Assembly (NCBI GenBank): GCA_030446685.1
Contig: JAUJMV010000002.1
Location: 140,878-204,877 of the forward strand
From: Thermomicrobiales bacterium
GTDB taxonomy: Bacteria > Chloroflexota > Chloroflexia > Thermomicrobiales > CADCWN01
Reading direction: 5' to 3'
DNA length: 64,000 nt
Shown here: positions 1-9,701 of the stretch, piece after piece
Layout of the letters: every line of letters begins with the position of its first letter
How positions within the stretch are numbered: position 1 is the stretch's first letter
Program-made: the position numbers and the translations under genes
The notes under the pieces: model-generated
Seen by the model: the letters and a program-made list of their open reading frames with translations, nothing else
What the model was told of the DNA's origin: nothing
The model's database searches: none

Positions 1-324
1 CGCCTCGTGCCCGACCGCCAGCGCGCCGGCCTGGCGCAGGGCCACCGCCAGCCCGCCCATGCCGCAGCCGAGGTCGAGGACGCGGCGCCCGGCCAGCGCG
101 CCGCAGAACTCGGTCAACTGGCGCAGCCGGTCGGCCTGGTGGCACTCCTGCCAGAGGCGGCGGTCGCGCCAGGCGGCGAAGTCGGCCCGCCAGCGCATGT
201 GCGCTGTCCAGCGATCGACCAGCGCGGCCAGCGCCGCCTCGCGCGCGGCGCCGGCCGCCGCCTCTTCCGTGGGGGTGGTTGTGACCACGGTCGCCGCCAC
301 TGTCGCCGATCCCCGTTGCGTCAT
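1..324 (-). CDS. class I SAM-dependent methyltransferase, first 108 codons (gene continues past the window start)
   Basis: Own minus-strand translation from the ATG at 324: MTQRGSATVAAT...GRRVLDLGCGMGGLAVALRQAG. VLDLGCGxG is methyltransferase motif I. Absent from the ORF track because it runs off the edge. Confidence 0.6.
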   Translation of the reverse strand, partial: MTQRGSATVAATVVTTTPTEEAAAGAAREAALAALVDRWTAHMRWRADFAAWRDRRLWQECHQADRLRQLTEFCGALAGRRVLDLGCGMGGLAVALRQAGALAVGHEA

Positions 325-500
325 CGCGTCCCGAGCGTGCCGGGACGCGCGATGGCCCGCTCCATCATCCGTGCCCGGCGGCCAATTGTACCCGATGGGC
401 CGGCATTCTGCCGTGGATGCCGGTGGTGCCGACCTCGGGGCGGCCGACGGGAGGCGCCGGAGTTGGAGCGGCCATGACAGTATTAGGCGACCGGCACAAC

Positions 501-530
501 TTGACAGGCGGTCGGCACAATCTGTATAGT
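501..530 (+). promoter_or_regulatory. sigma70-like promoter candidate, TTGACA-18 nt-TATAGT, target unclear
   Basis: TTGACA at 501-506 and TATAGT at 525-530, in a lower-GC intergenic stretch about 340 nt upstream of the marR-like gene. Confidence 0.3.
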
Positions 531-744
531 CATCTCATGCTCGCGACAATGATGTCGAAAGCCTGACCCAGGGGCAGGTGCTGCGCCGACAACGCTGTCG
601 CGCGCAGCCCCGCCACCTTCCCTCCCCCCACATGAGAAGATCGCTATCCCGCCCCCAGCCTGGGGGCGCCGTCGCGTTGTCGGCCGGAAGGCCGGCGGCG
701 CCTGTACCTGCGTACAGTATTTGCTATTTCGCATTGGATACGCG

Positions 745-773
745 TTGACATCATATGCAAAGAGGAATATATT
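745..773 (+). promoter_or_regulatory. sigma70-like promoter candidate for the MarR/MFS operon, TTGACA-17 nt-TATATT
   Basis: TTGACA at 745-750 and TATATT at 768-773. A short TATCC-t-GGATA inverted repeat lies just downstream. Confidence 0.4.
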
Positions 774-872
774 TATCCTGGATATCACGGATGGTCAGCA
801 GCGACTATCGCGAATGACCGGATTGGGCGGGGAAGGGCATCGTGGCACGATGCGGTGTCGGAGGTGGGGCGG

Positions 873-1373
873 ATGGCGGCGCGGGTGACGGCGCGGGACA
901 CTGAGCTAGAGACGCTGACGCTGGAGGAACTGCTCCCGCGCTGGAACAAGCTCTTCTGGTGGAACGCCGTCCGCCCGGTCTTCCGCAAGATGCTCGACGC
1001 CGATCTGTCGCTGGCCGAGTCGATCGTCCTGCGCAGCCTCCAAAGCCAGGGGCAACTCACCGTCGCCGACGCCGCCGCGGCGCTCTGCGTGACCCACTCG
1101 GCCGCCAGCCGCGCCGTCGACCGGCTGGTGCGCGACGGGCTGATCGCCCGGCAGGAGAACCCCGAGGACCGGCGGCAGAAGCAGTTGACCCTGACCCCGG
1201 CGGGGGCGGCGCTGATCGGGGAGATGGAGGCGGTCACCGTCGACCGGCTGCGGCAGATCATGACGGTGTTGAGCGCCGAGGAGCGGGAGCAATTCCGCGC
1301 CCTGCTGGTCCGACTGATCGTCGCTACGAGCGAGATCGTCGAGCAGGGGGAAGAGGGCAGCGGGTGCGGCTGA
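873..1373 (+). CDS. MarR family transcriptional regulator
   Basis: ORF 855..1373. Winged-helix segment [53 protein letters not shown] at 873 is preceded by GGAGG at 860-864; GTG at 855 is also possible. Confidence 0.8.
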   Translation: MAARVTARDTELETLTLEELLPRWNKLFWWNAVRPVFRKMLDADLSLAESIVLRSLQSQGQLTVADAAAALCVTHSAASRAVDRLVRDGLIARQENPEDRRQKQLTLTPAGAALIGEMEAVTVDRLRQIMTVLSAEEREQFRALLVRLIVATSEIVEQGEEGSGCG

Positions 1374-1479
1374 AAGAGGCGCGAGGGTGGCGCGCGGCGG
1401 GCCGGTTCGGACAATGGCCGACCCCCGTGGTGGCAGCGGTCATCGCGGGCAGCGGGCACGACGGGAGGCGGTATCGGTA

Positions 1480-3174
1480 ATGGAAGTGATGGAAAAGACG
1501 GAACAGGTGCGGGGCGGGAGTTTCCAGTCCCTGACGCGCAAGCAACTGATCGGCACGATCGTCGGGCTGCAACTGACGCTGCTGCTGGCGGCGCTCGACC
1601 AGACGATCGTCGGCACGGCGATGCCGCGGATCATCGCCCAACTCAACGGCTTCGACCGCTACGCCTGGGTCACCACCGCCTACCTGCTGACCTCGACCGT
1701 GGCGGTGCCGATCTTCGGCAAGCTCTCCGACCTCTACGGCCGCAAGTGGATCTATCTGGCCGGCTCGGTCCTCTTCGTCCTCTCCTCCGTCCTCTGCGGC
1801 GCGGCCGGCGACATCCCCGGCCTGCCTGGCGACGGCATGAACCAGTTGATCGCCTTCCGCGCGCTGCAAGGGCTGGCGGGCGGCATCATCACCGGCATCA
1901 CCTTCACGATCATCGGCGACATCTTCCCGCCGGCCGAGCGCGGCAAGTACCAGGGGCTCTTCGGCGCGGTCTGGGGGCTGGCCTCGGTCTTCGGCCCGAC
2001 CCTCGGCGGCTACATCACCGACTACTACTCCTGGCGCTGGATCTTCTACATCAACCTGCCGGTCGGCGTGGCCGCCATCGCGGTCGTCTACTTCGCCTTC
2101 CCCTACTTCCGGCCGGAGGGCGTCCGCCGGGCGATCGACTGGGCCGGCGTGGCGACGCTGACCGCCTGCCTGGTGCCGCTGCTGCTGGCGCTGACCTGGG
2201 TCACCGACTACGGCTGGACCTCGGCGCGGGTGGCGGGGCTGCTGGCCGTCGCGGCGGTCATGCTGGCGGCGTTCATCGCGGTCGAGGCGCGGGCGGCGGA
2301 GCCGATCATCCCGCTGACGCTCTTCCGCAGCCCGACGATCGCCATCTCCTCGGTGATCCTCTTCATCACCGGCCTCGGCATGTTCGGCGCGATCCTCTTC
2401 ATCCCGCTCTTCATGCAGGGGGTGATCGGCGTCTCGGCCACCCGCTCCGGCTCGCTGCTGACGCCGCTGATGCTGATGCTGGTCGTCGGGAGCATCGCCA
2501 GCGGCCAGATCGTCGCGCGGCTCGGGCGCTACAAGATCCTGTCGATCCTCGGGCTGGCGGTGATGACCTTCGGCGCCTTCCTGCTGACGCGGATGGGCGT
2601 GGACACGTCGCAGGGCGCGGTCGTGCGCAACATGATGATCTTCGGCATCGGGCTGGGGCTGGTGATGCCGCTCTACACGCTGATCGTGCAGAACGCGACG
2701 CCGCAGAGCCAGATCGGCGTGGCGACCGCCTCGACGCAGTTCTTCCGCTCGATCGGCGGCACCGTCGGCGCGGCGATCTTCGGCTCGATCATGCTCGCCC
2801 GCTACCGGGGGGCGTTCGACGCGGCGGTGCCGGCCGGCACGCCGGCGGAGGTGCTGGTCCCCTTCCGCAACCCGCTGCAATTGGTCGAGGTGCTGCCGCA
2901 ACTCAACGAGACCTTCGCGCGCCTCCCGAACGGCCCGCAGTTGCTGCAACTGTTGATGGGCAACGTCCGGACCTCACTGTTCGACGCGATCGACGCCGTC
3001 TTCGTCCTCGGCGCGATCCTGCTGGCGGTTGCGTTCCTGATCAACCTCTTCCTGCCGGAACTGCCGTTGCGCAAGTCGTTCGGCGAGGCCACGCCGCCGC
3101 GGGATCGGCCCGCCGCAACCGAGGCGCAGGGCGCGGTCCCGGCGCTCACCACCGGCGGCCAGGGCGACGACTAA
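1480..3174 (+). CDS. MFS transporter, DHA2 (EmrB/QacA-like, 14-TMS type) drug efflux family
   Basis: ORF 1387..3174. [18 protein letters not shown] and SDLYGRKW motifs with many hydrophobic spans. ATG at 1480 follows GGGAGG. Confidence 0.85.
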   Translation: MEVMEKTEQVRGGSFQSLTRKQLIGTIVGLQLTLLLAALDQTIVGTAMPRIIAQLNGFDRYAWVTTAYLLTSTVAVPIFGKLSDLYGRKWIYLAGSVLFVLSSVLCGAAGDIPGLPGDGMNQLIAFRALQGLAGGIITGITFTIIGDIFPPAERGKYQGLFGAVWGLASVFGPTLGGYITDYYSWRWIFYINLPVGVAAIAVVYFAFPYFRPEGVRRAIDWAGVATLTACLVPLLLALTWVTDYGWTSARVAGLLAVAAVMLAAFIAVEARAAEPIIPLTLFRSPTIAISSVILFITGLGMFGAILFIPLFMQGVIGVSATRSGSLLTPLMLMLVVGSIASGQIVARLGRYKILSILGLAVMTFGAFLLTRMGVDTSQGAVVRNMMIFGIGLGLVMPLYTLIVQNATPQSQIGVATASTQFFRSIGGTVGAAIFGSIMLARYRGAFDAAVPAGTPAEVLVPFRNPLQLVEVLPQLNETFARLPNGPQLLQLLMGNVRTSLFDAIDAVFVLGAILLAVAFLINLFLPELPLRKSFGEATPPRDRPAATEAQGAVPALTTGGQGDD

Positions 3175-3204
3175 CGCCTCAACGCCGACAAGCTATGCGG
3201 ATGG

Positions 3205-3237
3205 GCGGGGGCGCGACCAACTCGGTCGCGCCCCCGC
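3205..3237. terminator. GC-rich hairpin between convergent genes (bidirectional terminator candidate)
   Basis: GCGGGGGCGCGACC / GGTCGCGCCCCCGC form a 14-bp stem with a 5-nt loop, between the MFS stop (3174) and the vapC stop (3269). Confidence 0.5.
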
Positions 3238-3268
3238 GTCGCTACGCGCTCTTCGGAGTGCCGCCCCG

Positions 3269-3556
3269 CTAGGGTTGCCGTCGGGTAATCCCCGGCACGC
3301 GGTCGAAGCCCGTGTCGTAGGAGTAGAGTTCGGTCGCCCCGCGTTCCCGCATCGCCGCGACGATCATCGCGTCATCGAAGGTCAAGCTCGCCGCTTTATA
3401 GAGCTGCAGCGCCGCGAGCACCGTCACCGGCGCGGCGATGGTGAGTTGCCCGTCGCGCACCGACTGGAAGAAGCGTGCCGCCGCCACCTGTTTGCCGGGG
3501 TCGTCCGCGCTGACCAGGCGGATAATGACGTTGGTGTCGACGAAGGGAACGGTCAC
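3269..3556 (-). CDS. vapC: PIN-domain toxin VapC, abnormally short (95 aa)
   Basis: MTVPFVDTNVIIRL... and C-terminal YSYDTGFDRVPGITRRQP. Paralog of the 136-aa VapC at 47560-47966 but lacks about 40 central residues. 4-nt ATGA overlap with the upstream antitoxin. Confidence 0.7.
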   Translation of the reverse strand: MTVPFVDTNVIIRLVSADDPGKQVAAARFFQSVRDGQLTIAAPVTVLAALQLYKAASLTFDDAMIVAAMRERGATELYSYDTGFDRVPGITRRQP

Positions 3557-3819
3557 CGTTCCTCAGGGTCGGTCAGGCAGCGATCCTCGTGGGCGATGCG
3601 CATCATCTCTTCTTCCGACATCGGGTGGGGGAGTTTCCCGGCGATGCCGGTGAGCGATTCGATGGTGGGGAATCGCGGTCTCCGTAGCTCGACCCGACCA
3701 TCCTCGGCCAATACGAAGATGATCTGATCGCCAGTCGCGAGGTCGAGGCGGCGCCGGACCTCAGCCGGGATAGTGATCTGCCCTTTACTGGTCAAGGTCG
3801 CAGCGACTTCCTTCATCAT
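3553..3819 (-). CDS. vapB: AbrB/MazE/SpoVT-type antitoxin VapB
   Basis: MMKEVAATLTSKGQITIPAEVRRRLDL is a SpoVT/AbrB swapped-hairpin motif. Start taken at the internal ATG (3819) of ORF 3553..3951. Confidence 0.75.
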   Translation of the reverse strand: MMKEVAATLTSKGQITIPAEVRRRLDLATGDQIIFVLAEDGRVELRRPRFPTIESLTGIAGKLPHPMSEEEMMRIAHEDRCLTDPEER

Positions 3820-3902
3820 CTCTCTCTCGCGCGACTCAATGCTCCTTACGACTATACTGCCCCTTACCGTTGCGCGCAACCGCGGTGCGGAACGCAGAAC
3901 GC

Positions 3903-3925
3903 GGCGGGGGCGATGCGCCCCCGCC
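3903..3925. terminator. GC hairpin downstream of the DUF2268-like gene
   Basis: GGCGGGGGCG-atg-CGCCCCCGCC, a 10-bp stem. Confidence 0.35.
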
Positions 3926-4009
3926 GCGCCCGTGTTGCGAAGTTGCTTCACCGATACGGCCGGCAGTTGGGGACGCCGAGGTCATCCCAGCCTCAGGCAT
4001 CCATAAAGG

Positions 4010-4923
4010 TTAGGGGACGAAGAAGGCGGACTGCGCCACGATCTCCTCAACGGGCGTGAAGGTCGCTTCGACGATCGAGCGCCCGGTGTTGCGCAGGTAG
4101 GCCTGGACGACCTGGTAGCCGACGGTGTAGCCGGCGCAGTAGGGCAGCCCGGTCTTCTCGTAGCCGAATGCCTCGGCGGGCTGGTCGCCGAAGAGGTAGC
4201 CGCGCACCTTGTCGAACCCGGTCACGCCCAGCGCCCGCCCGATGACCGCGCGCGAGTGCGCGATCTCCTCGTCGGTCAGGGTCGTCACCCAGGGACCGAG
4301 CAGGTCTGGGCCGCAGAGCGCGGCGGCGAACGACTCGGCCAGCCCTTCCAGCACGATGTACTCGGCGACCGAGATGTCGTGGCGCCAGGGCGCGTGGCTG
4401 AGCCGCACGTTGTGGTGGAACTCGTGCGCGACCGCGGCGGGCAGGCGCGGCAGGTTGTACCTGTTCGGCCAGACGATGATCTGCACGTAGCCGGGAAGCC
4501 GCCGAACCCGGTGTAGCCCCTGCCGAGGCGCATCAGCGCCTCGTCGTCGCGGTTCGCCAGCACCAGGGCGCACTCGACCCGGTCGACGAGGCAGGGGCAT
4601 CCCTCGTCGGCGAACGCGCGCTCCGCCAGCCGTAGCGCCTCGCCCGCCCCTGCCACGCCCCCGCGGCCTCCAGCCGATCGAGCGCGGCGAGGTGGGACGC
4701 GGCGTCCGCCCGCGGGTCGAAGTAGTTCGACGCCTTCGCCGCCCTGAGCGCGGGATCCGCCGGCCCGGCGCCCGCGCCCGGCGGCACCATCGCCGCGAAC
4801 GGTGCCCAGAAACCCCGGAGCGGTTCCATCAGCAACTCGCTGTAGGCGGCCTCGCGGCGCTCCGCCGGTTCGGCTAGGATGGCGCGCTGCGCCGTGAGGC
4901 GTGTCGTGGACGATGATCTCCAT
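4010..4923 (-). pseudogene. DUF2268-like putative Zn-dependent protease, at least 3 frameshifts
   Basis: HEFHH motif in ORF 4010..4600. The N-terminal parts continue in ORFs 4533..4835 and 4285..4923 (MEIIVHDTPH..., LLMEPLRGFWAPFAAM..., AGEALRLAERAFADEGCPCLVDR...). Confidence 0.5.
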
Positions 4924-4939
4924 CGGGGTCGCCTCCTGA

Positions 4940-5364
4940 TTACGGCACCACGTCGATGCCCATGCTCCGTGCCGTGCCGGCGATGATCCGCTCGGCCTGG
5001 TCGAGGTCGCGCGCGTTGAGGTCCGCCAGTTTCCGCCCGGCGATCTGGCGCAGTTGGGCGCGCGTCACCGTGCCGGCCCCCGCCCTGCCGGGCGCGGACG
5101 ATCCCTTCGCGATCCCCGCCGCCTGCCGCAACAGGTCGGCCGCGGGGGGCTCTTCAGCGCGACGTCGAACGAGCGGTCCTCGTAGATCGTCACTAGCGCC
5201 GGCACGACACTGCCGGCCTGCGCCGCCGTGCGCTCGTTGTACTCCTTGACGAAGCTCATGATCGCCACGCCGTGCTGCCCGAGGGCCGGCCCGACCGGGT
5301 AGGCCGGGGTCGCCTTCCCCGCCGGCAATTGCAGCTTGACGATCGCCTTGACCCTTTTCGCCAT
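4940..5364 (-). CDS. rplK: 50S ribosomal protein L11, split by one frameshift at a G6 run (5144-5149)
   Basis: ORF 5065..5364 gives [46 protein letters not shown] 4940..5131 gives ...[41 protein letters not shown]. Confidence 0.85.
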
Positions 5365-5581
5365 CGTTTCCGCCTCAGATTCATCTTTCGCCGCCGCGCC
5401 GCCGTGGTATCGGGGCCGGCGCGGCGCATCACCAGGAGAACGCCTACAACCCGCTCATTTCTGCCGCACCATCGTTTCCTCTTTCCCGCTTGCCAGCGCC
5501 CGGCACGGGGCCAACGTGCAACACTCTACAATCTCCAGTTGCTGGAGTCAAGGGGGTGCGATACTGACCGCGGGAGGGGGC

Positions 5582-6578
5582 ATGGCTGGAGCGCGCTATG
5601 CCATCGGCGAGGTGGCGAAGCTGACGAAGGTGCCGGTCAAGACGATCCGGTATTACGCCGATATCGGGCTGCTGCCGCCGGCGGAGGTGGCCGAGTCGGG
5701 CTACCGGCGCTACAGCGCGGCCGAGATCTGGCAGCTCGAGCTGATCCGCACGCTGCGCGCGACCGGCTTCAGCATCGAGGACATCCGCGGCGTGCTGCGC
5801 GGCGCCGTCCCGGCGACGACGGCGATCGACTGGCAGTTGGACGCGCTGGCGGTGCAGATCCGGCAACTGACGCGGATGCGGGAGATCCTGCAACAGGCCA
5901 GGGCAAGCGCCGATCCGGACGAGGCGCTGGGCCACCTCCGCCGGCTCGGGGCGGCGCTGCGGCTCGACGCCGAGGCGGCGGCAATTCCTCGACCGGCTGG
6001 TGGGGGCGGCGATCCTCGGGCCGGACGCGCCGCCCGCCTGGCGGGACCAGTTGGTGCGGTCCCTGACGGAGCAGTTGCCGGAGGAGCTCTCGGCGGAGCA
6101 GGCGGCGGCCTGGGCCGAGCTGCACGACCTGCTGGACGATCCGGCGTTCATCGCGACGATGCAGGAGCGCGTCTCGCCCTTCTGGGAGTTCGTGCGGACG
6201 AGGAGGTCGACGCCGACCGCTGGCACGAGCGGATGCGCGACATCGGGCGGCGGGCGCTGGCCGCCCTGGACGCTGGCGCGACGCCGGAGAGCCGCCGAGA
6301 CGCAGGCGGTCGCCGCGGATTACGCCGCGCTCTTCGCCGGGGCGCTGGGGCAGCCCTGCACGCCGGAGTTCGTGCGCGGCTTCGCCGAGACCATGTCGCG
6401 GTCGATCGACGACCGCTCGCGCCGCCTGGAGGAATTGGTGGCGCTCCTGCGCTCCGATGAAGTGGCCCTGCGCCAGGTGCAGGCGAACCACCTACTCCTG
6501 GCGGGCTTGCAGTGGTGGGCCGCGCGATTGGAGCCGGATACCCCCGACGCCACTACTGTTGATCCCAGTCGTTCTTGA
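5582..6578 (+). CDS. MerR family transcriptional regulator with a long C-terminal helical domain, about 3 apparent frameshifts
   Basis: MAGARYAIGEVAKLTKVPVKTIRYYADIGLL is a MerR HTH. The reading continues alternately in ORFs 5336..6460 and 6000..6578. Confidence 0.65.
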
Positions 6579-6590
6579 GGGTGTGCCGAA

Positions 6591-6896
6591 TCACCAGTTC
6601 ACGAGCCGCCGCGCGCTCGGCTTCACGAAGCGCGCGCGGTTTTCTCGCGCCTCTTCCTCCTGTAGCGCGTGATTGAACCAAGCCGCACCGTCCCGGTTCT
6701 GGGCGCGCTCTCGCAGATCGGCGAGCGCCTGTTCGTGCGCCTGCTCCCCGCGTGCAACCTGCAGGAGTTGTAACGGCAGGTTGTGCATCAGATCGGCCAA
6801 GCCATATATCGTGTTGTTCTCGGCTCGGTGTGCCTCCATGCGTATCTCAATCAGCGCTCGATAGAGCAGGCGGTAGATCATTTCTTCCGCAGTCAT
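6591..6896 (-). CDS. hypothetical helical protein (101 aa)
   Basis: Intact ORF with protein-like composition and locally lower GC. No motif recognised. Confidence 0.45.
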   Translation of the reverse strand: MTAEEMIYRLLYRALIEIRMEAHRAENNTIYGLADLMHNLPLQLLQVARGEQAHEQALADLRERAQNRDGAAWFNHALQEEEARENRARFVKPSARRLVNW

Positions 6897-6967
6897 GGCT
6901 GCTTGCTCCCGAGAGTTGCCGTCGGCCTGGGACGAGCGGTGCCTTCAATAATCCGGCGGGAATCGGT

Positions 6968-7648
6968 CTACGCGCCAGGGATTCGAGGGGGGCGGTACTG
7001 CCGGTAGAGGCGTTCCATGGTGGTCAGGTCGAGGCCGAGCTTCTGCTCGTTGTAGGGGGTGTGGTTGAGCAGGCGCACGATCGCGCGCGGGCGGGCGCCG
7101 TCGCCGGCCGGCGGCTCGACGTCGACGATGTTGATGCAGGCGGCGTCCTGCTCGAACGCGCCGAAGCTGCCGATGCCGGCGCCGAGCGCGTCGAGGAGGA
7201 TCGCGCGGTTGACGCCGCCGTGCGCGACGATCAGCAGGTGCCGCCAGCCCGGCGCGGCGCAGAGGGCATGAAAGACCGGCACGACGCGGTCGACCAGCGC
7301 GCCGAAGGTCTCGCCGCCGAGGAAGCGCGCCTCGCGGTCGAGCGCGACGCCGAAGGCCCCGGCGAAGACCGCCTCCAACTGGTCCTCCGGGATCGCGCTG
7401 AGCCGCCCGCCCTCGATCTCGCGCAGTTCGGGCCGGACCTCCGGCTCCAGCGCGCGGCCGCCGATCACGATCCGCGCCGTCTCGTGCGTCCGGGGCAGGT
7501 CGCTGACCACCGCGCGGTCGAGGGGATGGGCGCGAGCGCCCGCGCCGCCGCCGCGGCTTGCTCGCGCCCCTCGGCGGTCAGCGGCACCGTCCGCGGCGGG
7601 CGGGGGCGCCCCGCCGCGTCGGAAGTAGCTGACCTCGGCGTGGCGCAT
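6968..7648 (-). CDS. histidine phosphatase (phosphoglycerate-mutase-like) family protein, two compensating frameshifts near the 5' end, start uncertain
   Basis: IYLMRHAEV is an RHG-type motif; LIVAHGGVNRAILL also present. Shifting frame between about 7530 and 7620 recovers PLTAEGREQAAAAARALAPIPLDRAVVSDLPRTHETA. The true start may lie upstream (ATG at 7735). Confidence 0.65.
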   Translation of the reverse strand: MRHAEVSYFRRGGAPPPAADGAADRRGARASRGGGAGARAHPLDRAVVSDLPRTHETARIVIGGRALEPEVRPELREIEGGRLSAIPEDQLEAVFAGAFGVALDREARFLGGETFGALVDRVVPVFHALCAAPGWRHLLIVAHGGVNRAILLDALGAGIGSFGAFEQDAACINIVDVEPPAGDGARPRAIVRLLNHTPYNEQKLGLDLTTMERLYRQYRPPRIPGA

Positions 7649-7672
7649 GAGGTAGATGCGGCGCCGCCGGGG

Positions 7673-7769
7673 GAATGACGAAGTGACGAAGTACGAGCGA
7701 CGAATCGGGAGGCTTGTGCCCGCCCGGCGGCGCAACCCTCTCGTGCGACGTTTGCTCGTCCTTCATTCG
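7673..7769. repeat. heptamer-array inverted repeat (weakest member), GACGAAG-like units
   Basis: gaatgacgaagtgacgaagtacgagcgacgaatcg at 7673-7707 versus tcgtgcgacgtttgctcgtccttcattcg at 7741-7769, between the DUF6285 stop and the phosphatase gene. Confidence 0.4.
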
Positions 7770-8206
7770 GCGCCCGGCGCCCGGCGCTCGTACTTCGCGA
7801 GTTGGCGCGGGTTCGAGACGCGCAGCTTCTCGGCGACGGACCAGCGGGCGTAGTCGAGGACGTCGATGCGCCAGGGGCCGTCGTCGGCCTCGCCGGCGCG
7901 GATCGCCGCGCAGAGGGCGCGCTTGCGGGCGTCGATGTCGGCGCGCAACTCGTCGAGCGTGGCGGGCGGGGCGGCTTCCTCGCGCCCGCTCCCGCGATGC
8001 AGCGCGAGGAGGTGCCGCCACTCCGCGCGCAGGCGCCCCTCCTCGCCCGGCAGCTCGCGCTCCACGACGCCGAGGACGTTGGCGGCGATCAGCGCGCGGA
8101 ACCGCAGGCGCTGGTCGCCCAGGGTCGGCACGATCTCGCGCTGGAGGAACTCGCGCACGGCGGCGAGCAATTCGGTCGCGGTCGGTCGGTCCTGCATGGG
8201 CGTCAC
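7763..8206 (-). CDS. DUF6285-like protein (usual partner of phosphotransferase/acyl-CoA dehydrogenase pairs)
   Basis: Intact 147-aa ORF, MTPMQDRPTATELLAAVREFLQREIVP...; family assignment is from memory. Confidence 0.55.
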   Translation of the reverse strand: MTPMQDRPTATELLAAVREFLQREIVPTLGDQRLRFRALIAANVLGVVERELPGEEGRLRAEWRHLLALHRGSGREEAAPPATLDELRADIDARKRALCAAIRAGEADDGPWRIDVLDYARWSVAEKLRVSNPRQLAKYERRAPGAE

Positions 8207-8295
8207 GGTGCCGGTCGGACGCCACTAGCGTTCATCACTGTCTCCTCCTGAGCCATATGGACCCCGAGAACTCATACTGATCAAGACTATCTGAG

Positions 8296-8620
8296 TCAAC
8301 CACGTTGATACCGGGCGCGACCATGTTCGCTATCATGCACCATCAGGATGACCTGCCCGATCGTGCCACCTGGGGCCGGTGCCAAGTCCAGGGCAAAGGT
8401 GGTCGCCCGCCCCGTCCTCGATAAGATCGAGGAGTTCGAGCAAGTCTTTCCACAGTTCCATCTCGCGGCAAGACTCAAACAGGCGAGGGAACTCCACAAT
8501 TTGCCCGTTGTGGATACGAGGACTCGCGGACATCTTTGGGGAAGGCAATGCCCAACGCCACCTCGGTCGCGCGTAACTCGTCCTCCGTTGCGCCCTGGCC
8601 GCCGAGGTGTGCGGCGTGCA
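8296..8620 (-). pseudogene. SMI1/KNR4 (SUKH-1)-like protein, multiply frameshifted
   Basis: Own translation gives MHAAHLGGQGATEDELRATEVALGIAFPKDVRE, then IHNGQIVEF...LIEDGAGDHLC, then LDLAPAPGGTIGQVILMVHDSE in three frames. Low-GC islet. Confidence 0.35.
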
Positions 8621-8626
8621 TAACCT

Positions 8627-9620
8627 TCAGCCCTGTATGAGATCAAGGAGCGCGCCGAGCGCCGACTGGCCGCTGATGGCGGCGGGCCTGGCCGAGCGCG
8701 CCGAGCGCCCCCATGTTGACCTCCCAGTAGAAGACGCGCGCGGGATCGACCCGGCGGCCGCTGGCGCGCTCGTAGGCGGCGTAGAAGGGCTCGCGCGGGC
8801 CGACGCCGCCGACCGGCAGGTCGTCCTGGCCGAAGCGCCAGGCGCGCACGCAGCACCAGGCGAGGTCGGCGTGCGGGTCGCCGAGGTGCGCGTTCTCCCA
8901 GTCGAGGACGCCGCGCAGCCCCTCCGGCCCGACCATGAAGTTGCCGACCCGGAAGTCGCCGTGGACCAGCACCGGCGCTTCCGGGAGCGGGCCGGTGGGC
9001 GCGCAGCCAGCGCAGGCCGAGTTCGAGCGCGGGGTGCGGCTCGTCGATGGCGCGCAGGTCGAGCTCCATGCGGGCGATCGCCGCCTCCTCGGCGGACTGG
9101 CCGGGCGCGGGGCGGTGGAGGGTTTCGAGGCCGTGGGTGGCCGGATCGACGCGGTGGATCGTGGCGAGGGCGTCGCCCAGTTGCTCCGGCAGGACGGCGC
9201 GCGCCCCGGCCAGCGCGGGGTCCTGCACGATCCGCCGCCCGATCGTCTCGCCGCTGAGCCGCTCCATCAGGAAGGCCGCGCGGCCGTTGCCGCTGAGGTC
9301 GGGCGCGAACCAGTAGGGGCGCGGCACGCGCACGCCCGCGGCATGGACGGCCCGCAGGACGGCGAACTCCTGGTCGCGGCCGATGACCGCGCTGCTGAGC
9401 GCGCCGCCCATGTCGCGGCGCAGCACCAGCGCGTGCCGCCCGGCGAACGGCCCCCGGCGATCTCGGCGTCGAGCGCCCACGCCTCCTGCGAGGCCCCGCC
9501 CGCGAGCGACCTCAGCCCGCTGACGCGGGCGGCGGCGCCGGCCTGCTCGGCGATGAACCGTTCGAGGTCGGCCCCGAGCCGCGCCACCGCCGCGGCGGGA
9601 TCGGTCGTCTGGTCCTGCAT
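8627..9620 (-). CDS. phosphotransferase (APH/choline-kinase fold) of the type linked to acyl-CoA dehydrogenases, at least 3 apparent frameshifts
   Basis: LVHGDFRVGNFMV (Brenner-type motif) and VLDWENAHLGDPHADLAW. The pieces lie in ORFs 9267..9695, 8296..9480 and 8643..8972. Confidence 0.7.
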
Positions 9621-9701
9621 CGTCCGTCCGCTTCTCCTGATTATGCTGGTGTACGGCGCTTTACGGGGATTGGCTGGGCCAAGCACCGGCGGCATACGCC
9701 C

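Noticed and set aside
483-788. The 101-aa minus-strand ORF in the marR upstream region.
   Set aside because: It spans promoter-like AT-rich sequence and GC hairpins, has implausible composition and has no RBS.
1324-2949. 541-aa minus-strand ORF antisense to the MFS transporter. Similar giant ORFs include 9856..12183 (+), 15376..18288 (+), 28853..30709 (-), 37841..39802 (-), 47947..49674 (-) and 60034..62124 (-).
   Set aside because: Their composition is dominated by R/A/G/P with no motifs. They lie antisense to or out of frame with genes that carry clear family signatures. These are typical shadow ORFs of a >70% GC genome.
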